Source of the DNA: Mustelus asterias
Taxonomy: Eukaryota
DNA: 64,000 nucleotides
Reading direction: 5' to 3'
Assembly (NCBI RefSeq): GCF_964213995.1
Contig: NW_027590173.1
Span: forward strand, 682,001-746,000
In this document: one piece after another, positions 25,055 to 38,177 of the stretch
Layout of the letters: each line of letters starts with the position of its first letter
Position numbering within the stretch: position 1 is the stretch's first letter
The notes under the pieces: generated by a model
What the model was told of the DNA's origin: nothing
What the model saw: the letters and a program-made list of their open reading frames with translations, nothing else
Database searches by the model: none
Translations under genes and position numbers: made by a program

Positions 25055-25700
25055 AAAGTAAGCGCATAGGTACAGCAGACAACAAGACAGCAAATGGTAT
25101 GTTGGCCTTGAGAGCAAGAGGATTTGTGTATAGGAATAGTGATGTTTTACTGCAATTGTATAGGACAACAATGAGGCCACACCTGGAGTATTGTGTGCAG
25201 TTTTGGTGTCCTTATCTGAGGAAGGATGTACTTGTTACAGGGGGAGTGCAGCAAAAGTTCACAGGCTGATTCCTGGGATGGCCAGTGTGTCGTATGAGGG
25301 AAAATGAAGTCAGTTCGGATTATGTTCACTGGAGTTGAGAAGATTGACAGGGGTCTCATAGGAACTTATAAAATTCTAACAGGACTAGAAAGGGTAGATT
25401 CAGGAAGAATGTTACCGATGTCCTTCGTGTAAGGATAAGGGGTAAACCTTTAGGACTGAGGTGAGGAGAAATTTCTCCACCAGAGAGTGGTGAATCTGTG
25501 GAAATCGCTAATGCAGAAAATAGCTGAGGCCAAAATGTGTGATGTCAAGAAGGAATTAAATGTAGCTCTTGGGGCGAAAGTGATCAAGGGATATGGGTGG
25601 AAGGTGGGATCAGGAAAGAGAATTTGATCAGCGATGATCATAATGAATGGTAGAGCAGGCTCAATGGGCCGAATGGCCTCCTCTTGCTTCTATTCGCTGT
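25055..25700 (+). mobile_element. CR1-clade LINE 3' fragment
   Basis: ANGMLA..LLQLY..RPHLEYCVQFW. Confidence 0.85.
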
Positions 25701-25829
25701 TTAAAGAAAACAAAGAAAAGTGCAGCACAAGAACAGGCCCTTCGGCCCTCCCAGCCTGTACCGAACATGATGCCCTTAAAAAAAAACCTCCTGCCATGAC
25801 TCGGTCCGTATCTCTCTATTCCTTTGATA

Positions 25830-26587
25830 TGATTTGATTTGATTTATTATTGTCACATTTATTAACATACCGTGAAAAGTATTGTTTCTTGTGCGCTATA
25901 CAGACAAAACATACCGCTCATAGAGACGGAAACGAGAGAGTGCAGAATGTAGTGTTACAGTCATAGCTAGGGTGTAGAGAAAGATCAACTTAATGCAAGG
26001 TAGGGCAATTCAAAAGTCTGACAGCAACAGGGAAGAAGCTGTTCTTGAGTCAGTTAGTATGTGACCACAGACTTTTGTATCTTTTTCCCGAAAGAAGAAG
26101 GTGGAAGAGAGAATGTCCAGGGTGTGTGAGGTCCTTAATTATAATGACTGCTTTGCCAAGGCAGTGGGGAGTGTAGACAGACTCAATGGATGGGAGGCTG
26201 ATTTGCGTGATGGATTGAGCAACATTCATGACCTTTTGTAGTTCCTTGCGGTCTTGGGCAGAGCAGGAGCCATACCAAGCTGTGATACAGCCAGAAAGAA
26301 TACTTTCTATGGTGCATCTGTAAAAGCTGGTGAGAGTCGTAGCTGACATGCCAAATTTCCTTAGTGTTCTGAAAAAGTAGAGGCGTTGGTGGGCTTTCTT
26401 AACTATAGTGTTGACATGGGGGGACAAGGACAGGTTGTTGGTGATCTGGACACCTAAAAACTTGAAGCTCTCGACCCTACCTACTTGGTCCCCATTGATG
26501 TAGACTGGGGCATGTTCTCCTTTACACTTCCTTAAGTCGATGACGACCTCCTTTGTTTTGTTGACATTGAGGGAGAGATTATTGTTG
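25830..26587 (-). mobile_element. Rex1/Babar-clade LINE 3' portion
   Basis: ORF 26050-26427 KKAHQRLYF..FYRCTIESILSGCITAWYG is typical of the Rex1/Babar RT C-terminus; (AATCA)n tail. Confidence 0.85.
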
Positions 26588-26736
26588 CCTCCCTATTCAT
26601 GTATCCATCCAGGTGTCTTTTACATGTTGCCAATGTGCCTGCTTCCACCACCTCCTGTGGCAGCCTGTTCCAGGCACCCACCACTCTCTGCGTGAAAAAC
26701 CTCCCCCGAACATCTCCCTTAGATTTTTCCCCTCTC

Positions 26737-29237
26737 ACCATAGAACCATAGAAAATTACAGCTCAGAAACAGGCCTTCTGGCCCTTCGTGTCTGTGCCGA
26801 ACCATTTTTTGCCTAGTCCCACTGACCTGCACTTGGACCATATCCCTCCACACCCCTCTCATCCATGAACCCGTCCAAGTTTTTCTTAAATGTTAAAAGT
26901 GACCCCGCATTTACCACTTTATCCGGCAGCTCATTCCACACTCCCACCACTCTCTGCATGAAGAAGCCCCTCCCTAATATTCCCTTTAAACTTTTCTCCT
27001 TTCACCCTTAACCCATGCCCTCTGGTTTTTTTCTCCCCTAGCCTCAGCGGAAAAAGCCTGCTTGCATTCACTCTATCTATACCCATCAAAATCTTATACA
27101 CCTCTATCAAATTTCCCCACAATCTTCTACGCTCCAGGGAATAAAGTCCCAACCTATTCAATCTCTCTCTGTAACTCAGCTTCTCAAGTCCCGGCAACAT
27201 CCTTGTGAACCTTCTCTGCACTCTTTCAACCTTATTTACATCCTTCCTGGAACTAGGTGACCAAAACCGTACACAATTCTCCAAATTCGGCCTCACCAAT
27301 GCCTTATATAAGCTTATCATTACACTCCAACTTTTATACTCGATACTCCGATTTATAAAGGCCAATGAACCAAAGGCACTCTTTACGACCCTATTCACCT
27401 GTGACGTCACTTTTAGGGAATTATGTACCTGTATTCCCAGATCCCTCTGTTCAACTGCACTCTTCAGAGTCCTACCATTTACCCTGTCCGTTCTACTTTG
27501 GTTTGTCCTTCCAATGTGCAATATCTCACACTTGTCTGCGTTAAATTCCATTTGCCATTTCTCAGCCCATTTTTCTAGTTGGTCCAAATCTCTCTGCAAG
27601 CTTTGAAAACCTTCCTCACTGTCCACTACACCTCCAATCTTTGTATCATCAGCAAACTTGCTGATCCAATTTACCACATTATCATCCAGATCATTGATAT
27701 AGATGACAAACAACAATGGACCCAACACCGATCCCTGCGGCACACCACTAGTCACAGGCCTCCACTCGGAGAAGCAATCCTCCACAACCACTCTCTGGCT
27801 TCTTCCATTGAGCCAGTGTCTAATCCAATTTACTACCTCCCCATGTATACCTAGCAACTGAACCTTCCTAACTAACCTCCCATGAGGGACCTTGTCAAAG
27901 GCCTTGCTGAAATCCAGGTCGACAACATCCACCGCCTTCCCTTCATCCACTTTCCTGGTAACCTCCTCGAAAAACTCTAATAGATTGGTCAAACATGACT
28001 TACCACGCACAAAGCCATGTTGACTCTCCCTAATAAGTCCCTGTCTATCCAAATATTTGTCGATCCTATCCCTTATCACACCTTCCAATAACTTGCCCAC
28101 CACCGACGTCAAACTTACTGGCCTATAATTTCCCAGATTTCTTTTGGAACCTTTTTTAAACAACGGAACAACATGAGCCACCCTCCAATCATCCGGCACC
28201 TCCCCCGTGAATACTGACATTTTAAATATGTCTGCCAGGGCCCCTGCAAGTTCAACACTAGCTTTCCTCAAGGTCCGTGGGAATACCCTGTCCGGTCCTG
28301 GGGATTTATCCACTCTGATTTGCCTCAAGACAGCAAGCACCTCCTCCCCGGTAATCTGTAAAGATTCCATGACCTCCCTACCTGTTTGCCCTATTTCCGT
28401 AGACTCCATGCCCGTTTCCTCAGTAAATACGGATGCAAAAAAACCATTTAGTATCTCCCCCATCACTTTTGGTTCCATACACAGTCTACCACTCTGGTCT
28501 TCAAGAGGACCAATTTTATCCCTCACTATCCTTTTGCTCCTAACATACCTATAGAAGCTCTTTGGATTTTCCTTCACTCTGTCTGCCAAAGCAACCTCAT
28601 GTCTTCTTTTAGCCCTCCTGATTTCCCTCTTAAGGAGCTTCTTGCACTTTTTATACTCCTCGAGCATCTGATGTGTTCCTTGCTGCCTGTACATTTCATA
28701 CTACTCTCTCTTCCTCTTAATCAGTGTTACAATCTCCCTCAAGAACCAAGGTTCCTTATTCCTATTTACTTTGCCTTTAATCCTGACAGGAACATACAAA
28801 CTCTGAACTCTCAAAATGTATCCTTTGAAGGCCTCCCACTTTCCATTTACATTCTTACCAGAGAACAGCCTGTGCCAATCCACACTTCCCAGATCCCGTC
28901 TCATTTCATCAAATTTGGCCTTTTTCCAGTTCAGAACTTCAACCCAAGGACCAGATCTATCCTTATCCATGATCAGGTTGAAACTAATGGCATTATGATC
29001 ACTGGATCCAAAGTGTTCCCTCACACTCACATCCATCACCTGCCCTAACTCATTTCCCAATAGGAGATCCAATATCGCAGCCTCTCTAGTTGGCACCTCT
29101 ATATACTGATGTAGAAAATTCTCCTGAACGCATTTTACAAACTCTACCCCGTCAAAACATTTAACAGTATGCGAGTCCCAATCTATATGTGGAAAATTAA
29201 AATCCTCTACTATCACAACTTTGTGTTTCTTGCAGTT
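26737..29237 (-). mobile_element. Young CR1-clade LINE, 2.5 kb (APE C-terminus plus RT)
   Basis: ORFs 28701-29216 (DFNFPHIDW, SDH) and 26931-28694 (587 aa, RT motifs); (TCTATGGT)n tail. Confidence 0.95.
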
Positions 29238-29574
29238 TCTTGCACCTTGAACATGTGGCCCATTGTAATTGACACTTCCACCCTGGGAGAAAGTCTCTGA
29301 CTATCCACCCTGTCTATGCCTCTCACAATTTTGTAGACCTCTATCAGGTCTCCCCTCAGCCTCTGTGTTTTCAGTGAAAATAAGCCTCATTTGTCAAACC
29401 TCTCCTCATAGTCAACACACTCAAGACCAGGGAACATCTTTCTATATATGAGATAAAGGAACCAGAATGTGCAGGACTGAATGCACCCAGAGACATCACT
29501 TTCAGGGGAAGAGTAAGAAGAAGCAGTGGGTGTAGAACTGAACTCACACAGAGTCAGCACCTTCAGGGGAGATG

Positions 29575-30880
29575 CATTAATGAGTATAGGTACAGCAGAT
29601 GACAGCATGGCTGGAGAGATGGTACAGGAGGGAGGGCTTTAGATTCCTGGGGCATTGGGACCATTTCTGGCTGAACTGGGACCTGTACAAGTTGGATAAA
29701 TTACATCTGAACAGGAATGGCACCAACATCCTCACGGGGAGCTTTGCTAAGTGCTGTTGGGATGGATTTAAACTAAATCGGCAAGGGGATGGGATCCTGA
29801 CAGGTAGTGATAGAATCTTCAGGTTTGCAAAGTGGTCAGGGACAGGAGGGAGTGACTGCAGCTGAGGCAGTCACTAATCTAAAAGGGGCAAAGGGAAATG
29901 GGTGGTAGTTCTGGGGAGGGGATAATGTAATAGCTTTGTTAATATGAGATGGAATAAAGACAACAACAAGAAATGATCTTGGATCAGAAAATGTAGAATC
30001 GATATGGGTGAAGGGAAAAAATAACAAGGGGAAGAAGACACTGGTGGGAGTAGTCTATCAGCCCCCTGACAGTAGCTATACTGTAGGGTGGGGAATGAAT
30101 CAGGAGATAATGAGGATATGAAACAAGGCAGTACATTAATCATGGCTGACTTTAATCGTCATGTGGATTCGGACAAGTTGGCAGAGGTAGCCATGAGGAA
30201 GAATTCAGAGTGTATTAGACACAGTTTCCAAGAAGAATACTTTATGGATCCAAGCAGAAACCAGGCCAGTTTGGATATTGTAATGTTAATGATACAGCTT
30301 TCATAAACAATCAGAGTAAAAGCTCCGCTCGGAAACAGTGACATTAACATGGTGGAATTTAGCATTCAGTTTTGAGTGCAAACTTGAGTCAGAGGAAACT
30401 GTGCTCAACTTAAATAAGGGTAATTGGAAAAGAATGAGAGCAGAGTTGGCTAGACTGGACTGCAAAAGATGTTTAGCAGAAAAGACGATCGCTCAGCAAT
30501 GACATACGTTATGAAAATAGTTTATGACTCACAACAAAGATATATACCAGTGACAAACAAGGATTCTGGAAGGGAATAAATCAACCATGGTTAACCGAGG
30601 AAGTTAAAGATTGCATCAAACTGAAAGAAGAACATAGGATGTTTCATATATTAGTGGTAAGACAGAGCATTGGGGAAGTTTCAAAAACCAACGAATGATG
30701 ACCAAAAAAATACTAACGTGGGCGAAGATGAACTACAAACGTAAATTAACAAGTAATTTAAAAAGAGACAGGAAGAGCTTCTTTAAATATATAAAAACGA
30801 AGAGAGAGGCTAAAGTGAACATAAGCTGCTGAGAGATTGAGACTGGGAAATAAAAGGAAATGGCAGAGGAGTGAAATACA
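29575..30880 (+). mobile_element. Old CR1 fragments (ORF1 esterase end, APE and linker)
   Basis: GFRFLGHW..LHLNRNGTNIL and IMADFN remnants. Confidence 0.8.
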
Positions 30881-30888
30881 TAATCTGC

Positions 30889-30971
30889 GTCAGGATGGCC
30901 GAGTCGTCTAAGGTGCTTCGTTCAGGTCACTGTCTCATCTCGAGGCATGAATTCAAATTCCAGTCCTGACA
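30889..30971 (+). pseudogene. tRNA-Leu(CAG) pseudogene
   Basis: GTCAGGATGGCCGAG..TTCAGGTC..TCCTGACA; T arm degraded. Confidence 0.85.
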
Positions 30972-30977
30972 TTGTTT

Positions 30978-31167
30978 AGGGGAGGCAGTGGTGTCATGGG
31001 CCAGTGATCCACAGACTCTGGGTAATGCCCTAGGGACCCGCGTTCAAAATCCAACACAGCAGATGGTGAAATTTGAATTCAATATGAATCTGCAATTAAA
31101 AACCTAATTATCGCTCGTCATAAAACCCTATCTGGTTTACTAATGTCCATTAGGGAAGGAAATCTGC
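30978..31167 (+). mobile_element. Deu-domain SINE 5' portion
   Basis: GGGGAGGCAGTGG..CAGCAGATGGTGAAATTTGAATTC..GGAAGGAAATCTGC. Confidence 0.65.
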
Positions 31168-31179
31168 TGGGCAGGCGTG

Positions 31180-31770
31180 TGTTTGAATTGTCAAGTCTTG
31201 AGGTAACAAAAGCATGGATGAGGGTTTCAGGTACGGGTGAGTTGAGGTATTATCAACAATGTGTGACGTTACACAGCTGGTAAGAGGTGATCTTGGTGAA
31301 GGAACAGATATGTGGTCAGAATCTCATTTCCGAGTCTAATGAGGTGCCAAGATTATGAGGGTTTGTTTCAGCCTCGAACACTGACCAGTAGGAGAGATGG
31401 AGTCAGTGATTGGGAACAGAATTTGTGGTGGGAATATTGGTCTTCCAAATATTTAATTGGGGGAATTCTCTGCTTAGTCAGTAGCAGAGGTCGGAGAAGG
31501 TGTCTCATAATTTAATAACAGAGGATTGGTTGTGAGAGGTGATGGTGAGGTAGAGCTGGGTGTTATCAGCATACATGTGAAAGCTGTGTTTTTAGATAAT
31601 GTCACTGAGGGGTCAGGTGTAGATGAAAAATAGGAGAGAGTCAAGGAAAGATCCTTGGGGGATTTGGGTGGTAACAGAATAGAAGTGGGAAGATAAACCA
31701 TTGCAGGTGATATTCTGCATATGGCCAGAAAGATAAGATCGGAAGTGCAGTCTTACCCAGCTGAACAATC
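31180..31770 (-). mobile_element. Degenerate L2-clade LINE RT fragment
   Basis: Antisense of HMYADNTQLYL and PQGS remnants. Confidence 0.6.
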
Positions 31771-32279
31771 CCTGCTCATCCTTCACAACCTATCCACACC
31801 TTTGACATGGTTGACTGCACTATCCTGCTCCAATACCTTCCCACTGTCAGATCAGTGTTCACAGCAGATGAAGATGTTAATGTACCTGACATCCTGGGGA
31901 AACTAATGATGAATGAAGGGCTGGGCCTCAGTAAACGAGTGTAGAGAAGGCTGGAGTTCTCAATCATCTTCGTCTCGGGTGGCAACTCCTCCATCTCAAT
32001 GTGTGTGGTGAGATCAGGCCATTCTGCTCAGTCAGGAACACCCAGACTGACTGCAAGAGAGGCTGAAATTAGAACCAAACAATGAGGGATATTCAATCAG
32101 AGTAACCAAGCCCCACCCCCAAAACAGAGCACAGGAAGATCCCAGTATCTCTCCCTGACCTATGCAGTGTGAGGTCCTCTAACCCGGTGTGGCACTGAGC
32201 CCCACACACAGGGTATAGGAAGATCCCAGTCTCTGTGCTGATTGGTCTGACTCCAGGGGGTTTGCAGCGCTACCACTGC

Positions 32280-32810
32280 TGAGCCCGGGGATCTGCAGCG
32301 TGACATGTTTACACAGGAAGCCGCCATTGGAAACCCTGAGCTCAGGATTCACAGCCGGGCGGGACGGGATTCCCGCTGCCAAAACCCTTCCCCCATCCGG
32401 AGCCCCGCCGCGGGCTCAGGATCCGGGCCCGGGGACTGAAGCCACTGGCGGGACATTTGCTGCCGCTCCGCGCGGTGTCTGATGGGCCTGTGACCGGCAG
32501 CTGGGAAAACCAATCGGAAATTGACGCATCGCGGTTATCCAATGGCCGCTCTGCGCCCACTGAGTGACAGCGACTTTATCCAATCAGTGAGCTCCATCTG
32601 GCCGAACAGCGGGAACACTGAAAATGACGCTAACAATTGTAACCAATCACAGTCCGCGCTGATGGAAACACACGCCCCTCAATGCGATTGATATCTTCTT
32701 TAGCCAATCGCAATGCATTGACCAACTGGAATGTTGGCCTGCGCCTTTCGCGCAGCGTCACTCCCAGCCCAGCGTCATTGCGTCATTCAATTTGATGAAA
32801 CCAATGAGTG
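32280..32810. promoter_or_regulatory. CpG-rich promoter-like island with six CCAAT boxes
   Basis: CpG-dense; CCAAT at 32510, 32539, 32580, 32643, 32704 and 32801; CAGGAAG-CCGCCATT at 32314-32328. Confidence 0.65.
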
Positions 32811-33224
32811 ATGAGAGAGGTGGAGGCGGAAGAATCCTTAAAGTTGAACTGTTCAGATAATTATAGTTGTACAATTATAATTCGTTGATGGCAGTTAAAG
32901 CGGCAAAAGGACTGCGGAAAGTCAGAGGGTGCAAAAAGTGAAACCCACGGGAAAGATAGGAGGAAATAAATGAAGAGAACAGGCAACAAAAATGAACGGG
33001 GAGGAAAGCAAGCAAGAAGCAGGTGCATTTAGAGAGGGAATACCAGAGCTGAGACATCGAGAGCTGAAAGTACGATCATCAGTGGTGGAGTGAATCAAAT
33101 CAGGGATGCTCACGAGGGCAGATTCAGAGGAGCTCAGAAATCTCAGAGGATTGTTGGGCTGAAGGTGATAAAAGGGAGGAAGAGCTGAGGACATGGAGCG
33201 ATTTGGAAACACGGATAAGAATAT

Positions 33225-34470
33225 TAAGACCATAAGACCATAAGACATAGGAGCGGAAGTAAGGCCATTCGGCCCATCGAGTCCACTCCACCATTCAATC
33301 ATGGTTGATTTCAACTCCATTTACCCGCTCTCTCCCCATAGCCCTTAATTCCTCGAGAAATCAAGAATTTATCAATTTCTGTCTTGAAGATGCTCAACGT
33401 CTCGGCCTCCACAGCCCTCTGTGGCAATGAATTCCACAGACCTACCACTCTCTGGCTGAAGAAATTTCTCCTCATCTCTGTTCTAAAGTGACTCCCTTTT
33501 ATTCTCAGGCTGTGCCCCCGCGTCCTAGTCTCCCCTGCTAATGGAAACAACTTCCCTACGTCCATCCTATCTAAGCCGTTCATTATCTTGTAAGTCTCTA
33601 TCAGATCTCCCCTCAACCTCCTAAACTCCAATGAATATAATCCCACGATCCTCAGACGTTCATCGTATGTCAGGCCTACCATTCCTGGGATCATCCGTGT
33701 GAATCTCCGCTGGACCCGCTCCAGTGCCAGTATGTCCTTCCTGAGGTGTGGGGCCCAAAATTGCTCACAGTACTCCAAATGGGGCCTAACCAGTGCTTTA
33801 TAAAGCCTCAGAAGTACATCCCTGCTTTTGTATTCCAAGCCTCTTGAGATAAATGACAACATTACATTTGCTTTCTTAATTACGGACTCAACCTGCAAGT
33901 TTACCTTTAGAGAATCCTGGACTAGGACTCCCAAGTCCCTTTGCACTTTAGCATTATGAATTTTGTCACCGTTTAGAAAATAGTCCATGCCTCTATTCTT
34001 TTTTCCAAAGTGCACGACCTCGCACTTGCCCACGTTGAATTTCATCAGCCACTTCTTGGACCACTCTCCTAAACTGTCTAAATCTTTCTGCAGCCTCCCC
34101 ACCTCCTCAATACTACCTGCCCCTCCACCTATCTTTGTATCATCGGCAAACTTGGCCAGGATGCCCCCAGTCCCGTCATCTAGATCGTTAATATATAAAG
34201 AGAACAGCTGTGGCCCCAACACTGAACCCTGCGGGACACCACTTGTCACCGGTTGCCATTCTGAGAAAGAACCTTTTATCCCAACTCTCTGCCTTCTGTC
34301 TGACAGCCAATCGTCAATCCATGTTAGTACCTTGCCTCGAATACCATGGGCCCTTATTTTACTCAGCAGTCTCCCGTGAGGCACCTTGTCAAAGGCCTTT
34401 TGGAAGTCAAGATAGATAACATCCATTGGCTCTCCTTGGTCTAACCTATTTGTTATCTCTTCAAAGAACT
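33225..34470 (-). mobile_element. Young CR1-clade LINE, 5'-truncated, uninterrupted RT ORF (371 aa)
   Basis: ORF 33311-34426; (TCTTATGG)n tail; TATTAA at both junctions. Confidence 0.95.
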
Positions 34471-35024
34471 ATTAAAATTGAGACATTGCTTAACCAAGAG
34501 TCAGTGTTTGTCACTGAGCACAGGGTTGATGCATTAATGGTATTTGGAGTAAATTCTGATATGAGAAATCAATTAGCAGCTTTCTGGTACACAGCAGCAC
34601 AATACATCAGAACAGAAGTGGACCACATGGCCCCTCAAGCCTGCTCCGCCATTAAATATGACCATGTTTTAGATTCTCAAACCACAGAACCTTTACAATG
34701 CACTACAGCCCATTTGGCCCATCATGTCTACACTGCGTTATTGAAACAGCGTTCCATCTAATTCCACTCCCTCGCCTCACAGCCCCAGAGACCTGGGCTT
34801 GCTTCTGCCCTTTGGTGACTGTACAAATTTTGTACATTCTCCCCGTGGGTTTCCTCTGGGTGCTCTGGTTCAAAGATGTGCAGGTTAGGTGGATTGACCA
34901 TGTCAAATGTTCCTTTAGTTTCCAAAGATGTGTACATTAGGCACTGAATCGGTGCTGTTTTAACACTTATTTTGAATTTTTTCCCCTGCTTCTTGATAAA
35001 CTCTTGAATCGAACATGAAAAACT

Positions 35025-35342
35025 CTATTATAGAATCCCTACAGTGCAGAAGGTGGCCATTCGGCCCATTGAGTCTGCACTGATTCTCTGACCTATCCAC
35101 ACAACCTCACATATTTACCCTGTTAATCCTCCTAATCTAAACATACTGGGGCACATAAGGGGAAATTTAGCATGGTAAATCCACTTACCCTATCAATGGA
35201 GTGTGAGGGGAAACCAGAGCACCCAGAGGAAAGCCACGTGGACATAGAGAAAATGTGGAAAATACGTACAGTCACCCAAGGCCTGAATTGAACCTGAGTC
35301 CCTGTCATTCCGCAGCAGCAGTGCGAACCATTGTGCCACCCT
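35025..35342 (-). mobile_element. Degenerate HE1-type V-SINE
   Basis: Reverse complement of the HE1 head, V domain and tail. Confidence 0.7.
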
Positions 35343-35353
35343 TCTTTATCTTC

Positions 35354-36240
35354 CATCAGACCATAAGACACAGGAGCAGTATTAGGCCACTTGGCCCATC
35401 TGCTCCACCATTCAAACATATATTTTTCTCATCCCATTCTCCTGTCTTTTCCCCATAACACCTGATCCCCTTATTAATCAAGAATCTATCTCTGTATTAA
35501 AAACATTCAATGACCTAGCCTCCACAGCCTTCTGCGGCATAGATTCACCACTCTCTGGCTGAAGAAATTTCTCCTCATCTCTGTTTTAAAGGATCGTCCC
35601 TTTAGTCTGAGGTTGTGCCCTCTGGTACTAGTTATTCCTACCAGTATATATTTTGTCACCAGCTTCCTACTAGTGGAAACATCCTCTCCATGTCCACGTC
35701 CATTCTAGCCAGGCTTCACAGTATCCTGTAAGTTTCAATAAGATCATCCTTCTAAACTCCAACGTGAACACTCCCAGAGTCCTCAACCATTCTTCATACA
35801 ACATGCTCTTCATTCCATGGATCATTCTTGTGAACCTCCTCTGGACCCTTTCCATGGCCAGCACATCTTTCCTTAGATATGGGGCCCAAACTGCTCATAA
35901 TACTCCAAATGAGATCTGATCAGAGCCTTTGCCAGCCTCAGAAGTACATCTGTGCTCTTGTATTCTAGCCTTCTCGACACTGCATTTGCCTTCCTAACTG
36001 CCGACTGAACTTGTACGTTAACCTGAAGAGACTCTTGAACAATGACTCCCAAGTCCCTTTGTTCTTCTGATTTTCTAAGCATTTCACAATTTAGAAAGTA
36101 GTCTATATCTCCATTCCTCCTTCCAAAGTGCATAAGTTCACAGTTTTCCACATTGTATTCCATCTGCCACTTCTCTGCCCACTCTCCAGACCTGTGCAAG
36201 CCCTTCTGCAGCACACCTCCTTCCTCAATGCTATCTGCCC
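35354..36240 (-). mobile_element. CR1-clade LINE 3' fragment
   Basis: ORFs 35670-35864 and 35873-36214. Confidence 0.88.
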
Positions 36241-36536
36241 CACTTCAGGTCCGCTCAGACTCCTTTCCCAAAAGAAAAATACCCAAGCTCTCAATTCTAT
36301 CTTCATAGCTACAAATCTTTATCAATAGAATCATTCATGTGAATATCCTTTGCACTGTCTCCAATGCCTTCGCAACCTTCTTCAAGTATGGTGTCCAGAA
36401 CTGGATGCAGTGCTCCAGGTGAGGCCTATCTCGTGTATTTAAAAGCGCAACATGACCTTCTTACTCATGTATTCAATCCTCCAATAAAACATAGGATGCC
36501 ATTTGCTTTATTACTTGCTCTCTCAACATGCCCAAC

Positions 36537-37028
36537 AGGCTGCACTCCCTTTATGTTTTCCTAAAGAACCTTTTGTTGATGTTTTGTCTGCACTTCAGTC
36601 CCACACTCCTGATCTACGGACACCCGGTGTGGAGAGGGGAGGGTCGGGATGGCGACCTCCTCGTGAACCTGCTCCTGGGCCTGGCGAAATGCGCCATTTA
36701 CCGGTCCAGGCTGCGAGCGATCGAGGGGGCCGTCCATCCTGACTGTCTTCCCCTCTACCGCGGCTATGTTCACGGCCAGGTGTCCCTGGAGAGGGAGCAT
36801 GCGGTGTCCACGGGCGAGGTTGACGCTTTCCGCGCCCGCTGGGCACCGCAGGGGTTGGGGTGCATTATCGACCCTAATAATCACATTTTAATTTGATGTT
36901 TTTAAGTTTCCTTTGTACTTTGATTTCTGTTCGGGCTGTTCCCCCTCCTTTTTGGGGAGCTGCCCCTTTTACTTTGTCCTGACTTAATCTGAGTTTGTTT
37001 ACTTGGTTTGGTTTGACCTAAAAAGAGG
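36537..37028 (+). mobile_element. Tx1/L1-clade LINE 3' end with 14-bp TSD
   Basis: ORF ends ..DPNNHILI*; TSD TCAACATGCCCAAC at 36523-36536 and 37029-37042. Confidence 0.85.
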
Positions 37029-38087
37029 TCAACATGCCCAACCAACTTCAATGACCTTTGTACTTAGAAACTGAGATCCCTCTGTTCCTGACTTTCCTTA
37101 AGAGTTTCTCCCTTTATTTCTCCACACTCTCAAAATGAATCAACTCACACTTCTCTGCATTGAACTTCATCTAGTTAGGTGCATTGACCTGAACAGGCGC
37201 CGGAGTGTGGCGACTAGGGGAATTTCACAGTAACTTCATTACAGTGTTAATGTAAGCCTTACTTGTGACCAATAAACTTTACTTTAACTTTACTTTACTT
37301 TTACTTTATCTGCCACTCGTCTGCCCAGAGGACAGCAATGGAAGCATTCACTCAGCGTCTATACATTCTTCTGAACTCCAGGGTCTCTCAGCCTAATTCA
37401 CTCAGCCTCTCATCATAGAACAACTTCCTCATTCTGGGGGGCAATCTAGTGAACCTGGTCTGTACTGCCTCCAACGCAAGTTCTATTCTTTCTCAAATGT
37501 TGAGACAATAGCTGTACACAGTATTGCAGATGTGGTCTCAATAAAATCCTGTACAATTGCAGCAAGACATCTTTCTTCATCTACTCCAATCCCCTTGCAA
37601 TAAAAACAAACATACCATTTGCTTTTCTAATTGCTTTAATGGATAATCCCGATTGTGCTCCGAATTCTCTTCAGCATTTTAAAATCCGTCACACTTCACC
37701 CTCTCTTCAGCTCTGAAGAAGAGTCCTGCAGACTCGAATTATTAACTCTGTTTCTCTCTCGATAGATGTTGCCAGACCTGCTGAAGTTTCTAGCATTTTC
37801 TGTTTTTATTTCAGATTTCGTCCCTCTGCCATCCTCACATCCTTTTAGACACATATTTGTTTGTTTTTAACTCGCTCGTTAGACTTCTGATTCCCCACCA
37901 ACTCTCTTGCCATTTAATCATTGCTGCACTTCTCCTTGTTTAGAAATGACAAGAGAACAGTTCACACTCGATTCAGTGATGAGTGATGAATGAGAAGTTG
38001 TGACAGAAAATGAACATCTCCGCCTTCTCCCTGTAACCCTGCACATTCTTCCTTTTCAGATAACAGTCTAATTCCTTTGGAACGTTT

Positions 38088-38177
38088 CCATAAGACCATA
38101 AGACATAGGAGCGGAAGTAAGGCCATTCGGCCCATCGAGTCCACTCCACCATTCAATCATGGTTGATTTCAACTCCA
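38088..38177 (-). mobile_element. Young CR1 3' tail, 90 bp
   Basis: Identical to 33230-33319. Confidence 0.9.
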
